Virus record (IMG/VR): IMGVR_UViG_3300045988_120248
Span: 45,063 to 109,062 of that record
Length of the DNA: 64,000 nucleotides
Reading direction: 5' to 3' (one strand)
Source: a virus
The notes beneath the pieces are model-generated. The model had not been told where the DNA came from, made no database searches, and worked only from the letters and a program-made list of their open reading frames with translations. Both the position numbers and the translations under genes were made by a program. Positions 39,678 to 48,947 of this stretch are shown in pieces (the stretch's first letter is position 1; every line of letters starts with the position of its first letter).

Positions 39678-40957
39678 TGGCAACAACTCCTTTGGCTATA
39701 AGCACGCATGCTTGGAGGACTAATGACTATATCGCGCAGCTTCGGACTCCGTTTACAAAACTATGCCGGCTTCGCTTCCTGCAGCCTGACGGAAGCACTG
39801 CATTTGCAGTTGACAACAATCCACTGAATAAACACAGTGGGACTTTTATCCAAGAAGGAAACATTACATGCAATCTGCAAAACGGGCAGCGGAGAACTGC
39901 AAGTGTAACGCTTTCTAACATCGACTCGGAATATGACTACAACATCAATAACGTATGGTTTGGACAGCAGATCGCGATTGATGAAGGGCTGGTTCTCTCT
40001 GACGGTTCAGAGTATTACATCCAGCAAGGCGTGTTTTATATCGCCGACCCACAGGAAACGTTAAATCCAAATCTGCGGACCATGACATACCCACTTGCTG
40101 ATAAGTGGTCATACCTTGACGGAAGCCTGTTTGGCAGACTCGAATCTACCTATGAGGTTCCAGCTGGCACAAACATATTTGCGCCGATATCAGCAATCTT
40201 GCAGCTCGACAGGGGAAATGGGAAACTGGTAGATTACGTGAAACCCGTATTCACAAACTACTACAATGGGATGTCGCAGACACTCCCTGACGGTACATCT
40301 GCTTTACTGACGGCGGCTCCGTATACGCTGCGGGTCGACAGCGATGATGGAACATATGCTGATGTCGTTCTAGGAATGGCTGAAATGCTGAATGCTTGGG
40401 TTGGATACGACCAAACGGGTTCGCTGCGGGTAGACCCTTCACAGGATGATATCGTTGACACAAACAAGCCTGTCTTATGGCGGTTCTCCACGGAGGAGGC
40501 GCAACTGCTCGGAGCAACCTACACAATAAAGAACACGGAAGTCTTCAACGACTACATTGTCCTTGGCGAGCAAACAGACGATAACCCGCAGGCCGCAGGG
40601 AGAGCGCAAAATCTCGACCCAAGCAGTGATACAAACGTCAATATCATTGGGCGGAAAACGTATCGTGAAACTGCATCTGGATATTATACGTCGACACAGT
40701 GCCGCGATTTGGCAGAGTGGAAGTTGAAACGTGCGACGGTTCTACAAAAGGCAGTATCAATTTCATGCATACAGATGATGCACATATTTGAGAACAATCT
40801 TGTTGAAGTCGTCCGCACGGATAAGCCGGGTTCCCCAGTAGAACGGCATCTGATTCAAGGCTACACTAGGCCGCTTGCAACTAACGGAGCAATGACAATC
40901 AATGCCGTGTCCGTGGCGGATTTCCCAGTTGCAACGATTACAAGCTGGCCGGAATGA
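39677..40957 (+). CDS. tail protein (tail-tip / Tal-like, positional call)
   Basis: 426 aa, GTG start after AAAGGTGGGAG; follows the distal tail gene once the IS is ignored. Confidence 0.5.
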   Translation: MATTPLAISTHAWRTNDYIAQLRTPFTKLCRLRFLQPDGSTAFAVDNNPLNKHSGTFIQEGNITCNLQNGQRRTASVTLSNIDSEYDYNINNVWFGQQIAIDEGLVLSDGSEYYIQQGVFYIADPQETLNPNLRTMTYPLADKWSYLDGSLFGRLESTYEVPAGTNIFAPISAILQLDRGNGKLVDYVKPVFTNYYNGMSQTLPDGTSALLTAAPYTLRVDSDDGTYADVVLGMAEMLNAWVGYDQTGSLRVDPSQDDIVDTNKPVLWRFSTEEAQLLGATYTIKNTEVFNDYIVLGEQTDDNPQAAGRAQNLDPSSDTNVNIIGRKTYRETASGYYTSTQCRDLAEWKLKRATVLQKAVSISCIQMMHIFENNLVEVVRTDKPGSPVERHLIQGYTRPLATNGAMTINAVSVADFPVATITSWPE

Positions 40958-40975
40958 GAAAGGGGGTGCATATAG

Positions 40976-41152
40976 ATGGCGGAGAAAAAAGCTTCTCAGT
41001 ATGTCCTCAAACTCAAAACGGGAGAAACATTTCATGTGATTGGGGAGACCGCGCGGTATTGGCTGTGCAAGGGAACTCAATTCAAGAAGACAAGCCGACA
41101 AGTGGAGAGCGTCAAGCGGCGCACGACAAGAAAGGACACAGACGATGATTGA
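40976..41152 (+). CDS. hypothetical small protein (58 aa)
   Basis: ATG after AAGGGGGTG; better RBS and context than the overlapping track ORF 40954..41148. Confidence 0.35.
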   Translation: MAEKKASQYVLKLKTGETFHVIGETARYWLCKGTQFKKTSRQVESVKRRTTRKDTDDD

Positions 41153-41315
41153 CAAATGGTTGATTCGCAGATGGCTTGACGCTATCAGAAATGATACGAA
41201 ATCGTGCAAAGCTTCCATTGAATCTGCATACGGAATCAGCGCCTGCATCCACTTCTTCTGTGGCAAGTGGATTCCACCCCCCATTGCAAAAAAACAGAAT
41301 TATTTCCTGCGCTGA
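41145..41315 (+). CDS. hypothetical small protein (56 aa)
   Basis: ORF 41040..41315 trimmed to ATG 41145 (ATGATTGA overlap with the previous stop). Confidence 0.35.
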   Translation: MIDKWLIRRWLDAIRNDTKSCKASIESAYGISACIHFFCGKWIPPPIAKKQNYFLR

Positions 41316-41394
41316 AAGAGCGGTGCGGAAGAGCCGAAGAGGGCTGTGAGCGAAGCGAAAGAGGGCTACGTTCACTGCTCTCTTTCTCTTTGCT
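41305..41394 (+). promoter_or_regulatory. conserved hairpin + terminator element, copy C
   Basis: Stem 41307-41313/41322-41328 (kept by G-U pairs), the same GAAAGAGC loop and linker, partial internal duplication of GAAGAGGGCT, then a stem and a U-rich tail. Confidence 0.5.
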
Positions 41395-41423
41395 TATACA
41401 GAAAAAACGATTGGAGAAAAACA

Positions 41424-41729
41424 ATGGATATTTTTAAAGACATCGTGACCGTCTTCGGTGGTATTACTACGATTGGCGCTGTACTGGTGATCCTTGTCCG
41501 GCCAATCCGAGAGTGGGTCATGGGAGATAGCGCAATCAAAGCTGGGATGAAGTGTCAGCTTCGTTCGGACATGCTGCACACTTATTATAAGAACAAGGAT
41601 GCACAGAAAATCCGGCAGTATGAAGCCGAGAACTTTGAGTATTCGTACAAAGCCTACAAAGCCTTGAAGGGAAATTCATTCATCGACAAAATCAAGAAGG
41701 AAGTGGACGAGTGGGAAGTGGTGACGTGA
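41424..41729 (+). CDS. membrane protein of the lysis module
   Basis: ORF 41346..41729 trimmed to ATG 41424; one N-terminal TM helix (IVTVFGGITTIGAVLVILV). Confidence 0.5.
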   Translation: MDIFKDIVTVFGGITTIGAVLVILVRPIREWVMGDSAIKAGMKCQLRSDMLHTYYKNKDAQKIRQYEAENFEYSYKAYKALKGNSFIDKIKKEVDEWEVVT

Positions 41730-41730
41730 C

Positions 41731-41997
41731 ATGGAGTGGAGCAAAAAAATCTTAATTTTCTCATACCTGATGCTGGGCGTCTTCATAATCATCTTTTTGG
41801 CTGTTGAAGACAAAACAGCTGCTGCAACCGTTCTTTGCGGTTGGATTGTAGAATGCGGTGGTGCTACTGCGTTCTACTTTTGGAAAGCAAAGAACGAAAA
41901 CCGGAGCAAGTACGCATTAAAATTCGTCCGGGAACTGGCCGACAAGTACGGCCTCGACGCAACGGCACGAATTATTGAGTCAGTCCTTAAAGACTGA
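41731..41997 (+). CDS. holin-like membrane protein
   Basis: 88 aa, two predicted TM helices, adjacent to the endolysin. Confidence 0.5.
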   Translation: MEWSKKILIFSYLMLGVFIIIFLAVEDKTAAATVLCGWIVECGGATAFYFWKAKNENRSKYALKFVRELADKYGLDATARIIESVLKD

Positions 41998-42011
41998 GAA
42001 AGGAAACTATT

Positions 42012-42233
42012 ATGAACAACAACTGGTGGCAAACTGTCGTCGAAAACTTATTCAAGGTTAAATCTCTCGTTACAATCTTGCTTACCACAGCATTCGTCGT
42101 AATGGCGCTCAAGGGTGGAGTGGAACCGAAAGATTTCTATTCTATCATCGTTATGGTACTCACGTTCTACTTTGGATACCAAAGCGCAAAGAGCGAAGAC
42201 AAGAACAACCCAAAACACGATGACCAAGAATAA
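42012..42233 (+). CDS. holin
   Basis: 73 aa, two TM helices, charged C-terminus, immediately upstream of the endolysin. Confidence 0.6.
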   Translation: MNNNWWQTVVENLFKVKSLVTILLTTAFVVMALKGGVEPKDFYSIIVMVLTFYFGYQSAKSEDKNNPKHDDQE

Positions 42234-42266
42234 TCGCTGCATCCGTATGGAAGGAGGAACGTTAAA

Positions 42267-43784
42267 ATGACGATTCAGGATGCACAAAAGAAACTTATCT
42301 CCGTAGCAGAGGCCGAAGAAGGGTATTTGGAAAAAGCTTCGAATGCGAAGCTTGATGATAAGACGGCGAATGCCGGCTGGAACAATTACACAAAATACGC
42401 CCGCGATCATGCGAAATGGGGGACGTATCATGCTCCAAAACAAGGACTTGCTTGGTGTGATATGTTTGTTGACTGGTGCTTCATCACGGCGTTTGGATTC
42501 GACATTGGCATGAAAATGACATGTCAACCGAAGGGCGCGTATGGTGCAGGATGTACGGAATCGTACAACTACTACCGGTCTGCCGGCCAATCTGTCACTC
42601 TCGCGAATGTGCAGCCGGGCGATCAGATTTTTTTCGGAAATCTCGGAAACATGACACATACCGGGCTTGTGTACAAGGTGGATAGCACGAAAATCTATAC
42701 CATCGAAGGAAACACAGGAGCTGGAAGCAATGTCGTGATTGCGAATGGCGGGGGAGTATTCAAGAAGTGGTATTTCCGCAATTCTTCGGCTATCGGCGGC
42801 GTTGGAAGGCCCAAATGGGAACTCGTCACAAATATTCCGCAGAGCGTGACACCATCGTCAAAACCGGAATCTACGTCTGTGACCTACGCAGAGTTCCAAG
42901 GTGGAATTTTTGCAGAAATCCCATTCTCCTGCATTGACCACATCGAACACGTCAAAATGAGCGATGCAAGGGGCGAGACGACGGGTAGCGTAGCGATTCG
43001 CGCACAATGGAATGGCCGGTATCCGGACATCGTTATCAACGCCGAGCTGTTCAACTACGGAAAATACACGCCGGCCTCTGGTGTCAAGCACAAGGGAACC
43101 ATGGAATATCAGGGGTGGCAACCGTTCATTGGCTTCAAGGATTTCAAAACACCCATTCATGAACCGCGTGGAGCCGTCACATCACCCGATGCCTTAGGGG
43201 GCTACCCAGCTATAGTCCAGAACGGAACGAAGGAGTTCACGGTTCCCAAGGGTTTGGAGGGCAACAAGTACCGGACTGCAATGGGCCTGAGAGGAAAGAC
43301 GCTCGGCATCATAGTCACGGAAAAGCCCGTCCCGATGGATGTTGTTGCGAACAAGTTCGTCACGGAGAAGTACGATTTTGCAATCAACCTTGACGGCGGA
43401 TCGTCCAGCAGCTACGTCACCCCTTCAAAAGTGTGGGCGCGTCCGAACAAACTGCGCGGGTTCGTGGCAATTTGGCTGAAAGGCGGAAGCGGGAACTATC
43501 TGAGCAAACGGCAGTACGGGACGAACCCGATTCAATCTAAGCCTGTAAAGTCTGAAGGCTGGACTGAACCAGATAAGTCGGCGTCAAAAGGTGTGAGGTT
43601 TAAAGTCACGGCAAGCGAATTGAACCTTCGCGCCGCTGCGTCGACCAGCAGTGAAATCCGATTTGTCCTGAAGTTTGGCGAAATAGTCACCTGGTACGGA
43701 TACCAGACAAAAAACTGGTATTACGTGAAGACGGCTTCGGGCAAAGAAGGATATGTAAGCAAACGGTACGTCAAAAGGACGTGA
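42267..43784 (+). CDS. multidomain endolysin (CHAP + central domain + SH3b)
   Basis: N-terminal Cys/His pair (WCDMFVDWC ... MTHTGLVYKV), central INLDGGSSSSYV (phosphodiester-glycosidase-like), C-terminal SH3b-like LNLRAAAS...GYVSKRYV. Confidence 0.8.
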   Translation: MTIQDAQKKLISVAEAEEGYLEKASNAKLDDKTANAGWNNYTKYARDHAKWGTYHAPKQGLAWCDMFVDWCFITAFGFDIGMKMTCQPKGAYGAGCTESYNYYRSAGQSVTLANVQPGDQIFFGNLGNMTHTGLVYKVDSTKIYTIEGNTGAGSNVVIANGGGVFKKWYFRNSSAIGGVGRPKWELVTNIPQSVTPSSKPESTSVTYAEFQGGIFAEIPFSCIDHIEHVKMSDARGETTGSVAIRAQWNGRYPDIVINAELFNYGKYTPASGVKHKGTMEYQGWQPFIGFKDFKTPIHEPRGAVTSPDALGGYPAIVQNGTKEFTVPKGLEGNKYRTAMGLRGKTLGIIVTEKPVPMDVVANKFVTEKYDFAINLDGGSSSSYVTPSKVWARPNKLRGFVAIWLKGGSGNYLSKRQYGTNPIQSKPVKSEGWTEPDKSASKGVRFKVTASELNLRAAASTSSEIRFVLKFGEIVTWYGYQTKNWYYVKTASGKEGYVSKRYVKRT

Positions 43785-43802
43785 CGAAGGAGGGGAGCTG
43801 CA

Positions 43803-44612
43803 ATGGATGAAAATCAGGACATGAAACGATTTGCAGATCGGTTGTGGGAATACTTCAAGCCGAGAATTGAAGAACTCACAAGGTCTGGAATCTGGTATTT
43901 TCGCGCACAGGTCACAAAAGAAGCTGAGAACGGGAAAATCACTGTGCAGCGTCCGTTTGATGGTGAAATTGCGCTCCCTTATGTATCGAGCATGGCAAAT
44001 GCAGCTGCTGGAAGTCAGGTCACTGTGTTTGTGCTCGGCTCCAGCATGACCAACGCAGTTATTTGTGGCAACGGCTCGTTGAGTATCCTCGGCGGTACGC
44101 CGAATTCGGGCGGCGGAGGCGGCGATCCGGCAAACGCCGTTCTATACACTGCACAAATACTGAATTCTTCACAGCAGGCACAAGCCAGAACCAACATCGG
44201 TGCTGGTACAAGCTCATTCAGCGGCGCATATTCCGATCTGCGCGGTGCTCCTGACATTCCGACGAAGACCAGCGAGCTGAAAAATGACAGCGGGTTTGTC
44301 ACTGCATCGGCAATCCCAGCCCCATATACGCTGCCCGTTGCGTCGGCAAACGTCCTTGGCGGTATAAAGGTTGGCGCTGGATTAACAATCAGCCAGCAAG
44401 GAACCCTGTCAGCAACCGGAAGCGGCGGTGTGGCGGATTCAGTCGAGTGGGAAAATGTGCTTGATACACCTACGACTGTAGAAGGATATGGGATAAAAGA
44501 CGCAATGAAAAAAATCCCTGTTACCGCAGATGATGACGGGAAGTTTATGCGTGTAGCCAATGGACAATGGGCAGCAGCCGATGTTGCCAACGCAAACGGA
44601 GAGAGTTTCTGA
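43803..44612 (+). CDS. fibre-like protein downstream of the lysis cassette
   Basis: QQAQARTNIGAG fibre motif, Gly run; C-terminal DDGKFMRVANGQWAAADVANANGESF is paralogous to 22578..22964. Confidence 0.5.
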   Translation: MDENQDMKRFADRLWEYFKPRIEELTRSGIWYFRAQVTKEAENGKITVQRPFDGEIALPYVSSMANAAAGSQVTVFVLGSSMTNAVICGNGSLSILGGTPNSGGGGGDPANAVLYTAQILNSSQQAQARTNIGAGTSSFSGAYSDLRGAPDIPTKTSELKNDSGFVTASAIPAPYTLPVASANVLGGIKVGAGLTISQQGTLSATGSGGVADSVEWENVLDTPTTVEGYGIKDAMKKIPVTADDDGKFMRVANGQWAAADVANANGESF

Positions 44613-44614
44613 AC

Positions 44615-44658
44615 AAAAGAGAACCGGGGGATAATTGAATCCCTCGGTTCTTTGTATG
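44615..44658. terminator. bidirectional intrinsic terminator between the convergent blocks
   Basis: 11-bp stem gaaccggggga / tccctcggttc (44621-44650), A run upstream and TTTGTATGTT downstream; lies between stops at 44612 (+) and 44659 (-). Confidence 0.65.
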
Positions 44659-44958
44659 TTAGTCGTGCCCCTCATCAAAATACATGATGCCGTCTTCACC
44701 TGAATCAAAGATTATTCTGTATCCCATATAGACGATTTCTTTTTGGTGATCCCAGTCTGTGCCACATGGTGTACCAAACAAACCATGATTTTCTTCAAGC
44801 CACCGGAGTGTGTTTGGCGTTGTGTGAATTGGGCCGATGGGGTTTCCGCCGCATAGCTGACAAAGCACCTCAGCGACAGCATACGTTGGTGTCATTGGGG
44901 TTCCGTTTCCTATTACCAGAATCTGCCCGTTTGGCTTCGCGACAAAAGTTTTTCTCAT
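44659..44958 (-). CDS. hypothetical protein
   Basis: ORF 44659..44973 trimmed to ATG 44958 after GGGGGGGA. Confidence 0.45.
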   Translation of the reverse strand: MRKTFVAKPNGQILVIGNGTPMTPTYAVAEVLCQLCGGNPIGPIHTTPNTLRWLEENHGLFGTPCGTDWDHQKEIVYMGYRIIFDSGEDGIMYFDEGHD

Positions 44959-44977
44959 TGCAATCCCCCCCACAATC

Positions 44978-45157
44978 TCAGTTTGCGCAGTCTTCCTCCG
45001 AAAGCAAGACGGTATAGAATCGGTCTTCTGGAAGCTTTAACACCGCTGCGTCCACGCTTTCTGCCTCGACAGTAATGAACTCAGCACCTTTTTCCCAGTA
45101 CATCACATGGAATGTATAGCGCTTGTTGATTACGTTCGTGCGGAGTTTTCCGTCCAT
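44978..45157 (-). CDS. hypothetical small protein
   Basis: ORF 44978..45178 trimmed to ATG 45157 after GGAAGGAG. Confidence 0.45.
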   Translation of the reverse strand: MDGKLRTNVINKRYTFHVMYWEKGAEFITVEAESVDAAVLKLPEDRFYTVLLSEEDCAN

Positions 45158-45161
45158 ACAC

Positions 45162-45506
45162 TCACTCCTTCCAAACATTTGCGACCGTGAAAGTCATGCG
45201 CAGCCGGCAGTTGACATCCGCGAACGTTACCATATCGGCCATCTTGTACATTTCGGAAATGCGATTGCGGATGCTGTCATTGAGAATACTGACTGGAAGA
45301 GGGAAGTCAACGTAGACGAACGTATTCTGCTCACGCAGTCCCAAATTATCCGCGTGCCACGGGGTACGCATTGCCTTGGAAATCGCTGCCGCGTGTTCCT
45401 TGAGTTTGCTGTATACCTCGACCTTCTCAGGAACCATCTCGGTCCCACGGAATGCCTCGTTCTTCGCTGCCATCGCAGCCACCATATCCTGAATATCCAT
45501 TGCCAT
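45162..45506 (-). CDS. hypothetical protein
   Basis: ATG 45506 after AGGAGG; first gene behind promoter-like motif 45559-45585. Confidence 0.5.
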   Translation of the reverse strand: MAMDIQDMVAAMAAKNEAFRGTEMVPEKVEVYSKLKEHAAAISKAMRTPWHADNLGLREQNTFVYVDFPLPVSILNDSIRNRISEMYKMADMVTFADVNCRLRMTFTVANVWKE

Positions 45507-45558
45507 TGTGTTTGCCTCCTATAATTTTTGATGTGCCCGTGAGGGCTTACAATTTTGA

Positions 45559-45585
45559 TTCTACCGGAAAATCAGATTTGTCCCG
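45559..45585 (-). promoter_or_regulatory. recurrent promoter-like motif CGGGACAAAT-N10-GGTAGAA, copy 1
   Basis: Gene-strand sequence CGGGACAAATCTGATTTTCCGGTAGAA, 53 nt upstream of ATG 45506. Confidence 0.45.
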
Positions 45586-45591
45586 CGTGGA

Positions 45592-46095
45592 TTAAAATAT
45601 ATTTCGCGGACGTGCTTTTTCTATGTCCAACAAATGATCTGTAGCTTCCGCAACCCAAAGCACATCTTCTGATTCCAGAATCCTATTTAGTGCATCATGC
45701 GCCGCTGATTTCTTGAGGGAAATAAATATGTTATCATCTTCGGTTTCAGTTGAAATCCTTGCTAGATTCTCAGCGGCTTTCCCTGAAATGCCAAGTGTAG
45801 CAGCTGCAACTTGAATGTTTTGCTCAACGCTTTCAATGTTTGTTACACCTAGCAGCCAGTCCGTAGATACGCTGAAGTATTCTGCGATTTTTGCGATATT
45901 CTCCCAACTGGGCTGTCCAGAACCGTCACAGTATGCAGATACAGACTGCCTTGCCTTCAGACCGAGATAATCCGCTAATTCTTGCTGAGATACAGTTCTG
46001 TTGATTTTCCCTGCGTCCCCACGCATGAGTCTACGAAGACGGTTGGGGAATGGCTTGTAATAGTTGTCTGTGTAATTGAGTTTTTTGCGCGGCAT
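45592..46095 (-). CDS. XRE-family helix-turn-helix protein
   Basis: HTH_3-like segment VSQQELADYLGLKARQSVSAYCDGSGQPSWENIAKIAEYFSVSTDWLLG. Confidence 0.7.
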   Translation of the reverse strand: MPRKKLNYTDNYYKPFPNRLRRLMRGDAGKINRTVSQQELADYLGLKARQSVSAYCDGSGQPSWENIAKIAEYFSVSTDWLLGVTNIESVEQNIQVAAATLGISGKAAENLARISTETEDDNIFISLKKSAAHDALNRILESEDVLWVAEATDHLLDIEKARPRNIF

Positions 46096-46096
46096 A

Positions 46097-47185
46097 TTAT
46101 ATACCCCTCATTTCCCGCACATTCTGTGCCACGATTTTTACTGCGTCATCAATGATTTTGATATCTCGTTCGAGGTTCAGCCCGTAGTTATTGCCCATAT
46201 CATTTGCATTCGGGTCGAGTTTGTAATCGAAGCTGAACCGGATGGCCGACCGGGCGCGTTCCTCAGAATACCCCGAAGCGAGAAGCACACGGGATGGCGC
46301 GTTATCACCGCTGGAACACGCTGCGCCGGATGAAACCATCAGACCGTCAGCCGAAAGCCGCAGGACGAGCGCATGGTTCTCAATTCCGGGGAAAGAAATG
46401 TTTGCGATATATGGAGACTGTCCAAACTGATGGCCAAAGCATTCCAAACCGTTTAGCTGCGCATCTGGTAGTTCATTCATAATACCATCGATCAAGTGGT
46501 TATGCAACACCCTCGTTGTTTCTGCGAACCAGTCCAGATGATTTGTGCGGAATTCCAATGCGACAACAAACGCAGCGGCAAGCGGAGCGGATGGCGTTGC
46601 AAAATGGAAGTTCTCTGTGACTTCATCCGGATTTCGTGCAATTAACACACCGATTCCAATCGGAGCACCGAATTTATGACCCGCGCCGCATATGAAATCT
46701 ATTCCGCTTTCACGGAAATTGATTTCCTGTTTCCCCATGGCTGCGGTGCAGTCGGAGAATGTCAAGTCATACCCCGCAAAAGCGCTTTTCAAATCATAAA
46801 TTTCACCGGTTTCGTTGTTTGTGTGGATATGAGATATACCGCGCAGTTTGTTTCCAATACGGCTTATTGGCATCATGCGGTCTGTAATGCTTGTCACTGC
46901 TGCGTGCTCCGCACTGCTCGCAGAAATACCCTTGCATTTGTCATTCATAATCGTGAGCGCAATCCTGCACGCTTCCGTTGCGGACGAAACGAAGAAAACT
47001 TGGTCCGGCTCACAGCCCAAGCACAGCGCTACGCCCTTGCGGGATGCTTCAAATGCCTTTCTGGTAGCTTGCCCAAAGGAATGTATAGAATTCGGGTTCC
47101 CCCATACCGGCACCTGCGCCCCTACGAATGTTCCCATCGCGCCCTTAAGCGGGGGAGAAGTAGCCGCGTAATCCAAGTAAATCAT
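46097..47185 (-). CDS. class V aminotransferase / NifS-IscS-like cysteine desulfurase
   Basis: YLDYAATSP, GNPNSIHSFG, PLP-lysine motif GAGHKFGAPIGIGVL, active-site loop SSGAACSSG. Confidence 0.8.
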   Translation of the reverse strand: MIYLDYAATSPPLKGAMGTFVGAQVPVWGNPNSIHSFGQATRKAFEASRKGVALCLGCEPDQVFFVSSATEACRIALTIMNDKCKGISASSAEHAAVTSITDRMMPISRIGNKLRGISHIHTNNETGEIYDLKSAFAGYDLTFSDCTAAMGKQEINFRESGIDFICGAGHKFGAPIGIGVLIARNPDEVTENFHFATPSAPLAAAFVVALEFRTNHLDWFAETTRVLHNHLIDGIMNELPDAQLNGLECFGHQFGQSPYIANISFPGIENHALVLRLSADGLMVSSGAACSSGDNAPSRVLLASGYSEERARSAIRFSFDYKLDPNANDMGNNYGLNLERDIKIIDDAVKIVAQNVREMRGI

Positions 47186-47727
47186 GCGCCCAACTCAACC
47201 TCCTTCGGCCAACGCGGCAACGCAGCGGCACAGATTTTTTCGTAAATTTCTTTCTGTGCAAGCAGCGTATCGCGTTCCTTCTGAATCACACGATATGCGT
47301 CTTCTAATCCGAATGGCTCGTTGAGTGGAACACGGATCTTTTCTGACTCTGACGCTTGAGAGGCAGTTACAATGCCAGTAGGGGGGGCGTTAAGCCCCAA
47401 GGAGACGATAACCGCTTGGTCAACAAGTTTCATTTCATCGGATGTCAACGTGCAATAGTAGTTCTCCAGACGATCCTTATCGACCGTGTAGATTGCTTCG
47501 CAAAGCGCGGTCGACTGCTTGCCCATCGTATCAATGGAAACGTGCGTGGGCATTGGCTTTTTCTCGGCAGTCGTGAGATAAACAATCTCTACAGTGCCGG
47601 AATATGTATTGTTTTTTTCATTACTGACAATAATCGCGGGGCGATTCTTTTTTTGCTCGGAACCGACAGCAGCATAGTCCTGACGAACCCAGAAAATGTC
47701 GCCCCGATGGATTCTTATATCCTGCAT
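47182..47727 (-). CDS. PemK/MazF-fold toxin-like protein with about 65-aa C-terminal extension
   Basis: RGDIFWV...GSEQKKNRPAIIVSN...VEIVYLTT N-terminal domain; stop overlaps the next ATG (ATGA). Confidence 0.6.
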   Translation of the reverse strand: MQDIRIHRGDIFWVRQDYAAVGSEQKKNRPAIIVSNEKNNTYSGTVEIVYLTTAEKKPMPTHVSIDTMGKQSTALCEAIYTVDKDRLENYYCTLTSDEMKLVDQAVIVSLGLNAPPTGIVTASQASESEKIRVPLNEPFGLEDAYRVIQKERDTLLAQKEIYEKICAAALPRWPKEVELGA

Positions 47728-47784
47728 AGAAGTGTATCCTTTCTGTATTTTTCAATATGTATAGGGGCTGTGAAGCCCCATGAA

Positions 47785-48060
47785 TTACTTTGCAACTGCG
47801 TTTTTCAGAATGCTGCTCGGCGAGAATTTGACCGAAAAACGGGCTGGAACCTTGATGTTTTCACCGGTCTTCGGGTTCCGCGCATCTCTGGCCTTCTGGT
47901 ACTTCGCAGCAAACTTGCCGAAGCCAGCGATAGAGACATCTTCATGCGAAATGAGGGATTCTCCAATCGCTTCAAACACGGCATCGATGGCTTCCTGGCT
48001 GGCGGTCTTCGGCATATTAGTCTTGCTGGCAACTGCCTGAACGAGTTCTTCTTTGTTCAT
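47785..48060 (-). CDS. hup: HU-type DNA-binding protein
   Basis: MNKEELV...GFGKF...RNPKTGE.I.VPA.....F typical HU/IHF signature, 91 aa. Confidence 0.85.
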   Translation of the reverse strand: MNKEELVQAVASKTNMPKTASQEAIDAVFEAIGESLISHEDVSIAGFGKFAAKYQKARDARNPKTGENIKVPARFSVKFSPSSILKNAVAK

Positions 48061-48087
48061 GTGTAATCCTCCTTTCTCAAGAGTAAA

Positions 48088-48163
48088 TGGTGGGCCGTCT
48101 CGGAGTCGAACCGAGATTTTACCAGTTATGAGCTGGTCGCTCTAGCCTTTGAGATAACGGCCC
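48088..48163 (-). tRNA. tRNA-Met or Ile2 (anticodon CAT), CCA encoded
   Basis: Acceptor GGGCCGT/ACGGCCC, anticodon arm ACCAG-CTCATAA-CTGGT, T arm CTCGG-TTCGACT-CCGAG. Lacks initiator features; one weak D-stem pair. Confidence 0.85.
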
Positions 48164-48947
48164 ATCTATAACCGGCTTGACGTACCGGCCGTGAGGTCTT
48201 GCGCGCAGACCAACGGCAAATTCAGGCGGTTGCACACCGGCGCTTGTGTGTCAACAGTCCTTAAAGCGTCCCCAAAGGTGCTGCCTAGTTTGGCGGATTT
48301 CAGTTCGCCCAAAGCGTTACGAAATTGTGCGGATTCATCCGGTTCGACCACTAGTGAGTCTTTCCCGGCAAGCTGAACGGAACTTTCCAAAATGGACTTG
48401 TGCCGTCTCTACGAAGGTCTATATCCGCTTGACCTTTACCTTTTCGGACCGAAACGCGCAAACGGCTTTTACTGCGCTGTCGGCACAAGTGTTACCTTGC
48501 CCCGGTGGGTTTTCACCACTATATTCTGTTAGTTTCGGTAGCCCACGCATCAAGCGTAGGGGATATGATGGCTGTTCATCAAACTCCATTTAACTCAGTC
48601 AAGCACCAACCTCCAACTTATTGGCCAATGCTTATCTGCTGCACCATCATTTTTTGAGCGATTAGGTACAAGCAATCGCTCGAACTTGGCTTCTTGGGTT
48701 CTCCCCGTCGTTGGACGGGCGGATTTGCCATCTCCGGAAAGGCTTCCGCATTGCCATTGCAGCGTAGCCATTATCCCGCTTTCGACCCATATAGCTGCAT
48801 TTTGCCTCGTTCTCCTTGGACGCTGTGGGTCAGCGTCTTTAGCCGGTGGCGCTACGCTCCACGATCACGCTATTGCGTGCGTGAATGGATAGCTGTATGA
48901 TTCCCACCATGTTAATTTGTCGCGCGGAGAACCCCAACGGGCGGCTA
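48164..48947 (-). ncRNA. candidate large structured noncoding RNA between two tRNAs
   Basis: 784 nt with no credible ORF on either strand; many local helices; abuts tRNA-Met and tRNA-Gln without spacer. Family untested. Confidence 0.4.

Noticed and set aside
48164-48947. RNase P RNA or group I intron identity for the large spacer (GGAAAGTTCC at about 48385, CGTAGAGACGGCAC at about 48400, GGATATAGACC at about 48420 on the - strand)
   Set aside because: The GGAAAGUCC-like box has no matching P4 partner (CCGGTTA at the 3' end does not pair with it). The R/S-like group I elements are in the wrong order. Both flanking tRNAs are intact, so no exon is interrupted. The resemblances are kept only as a caution
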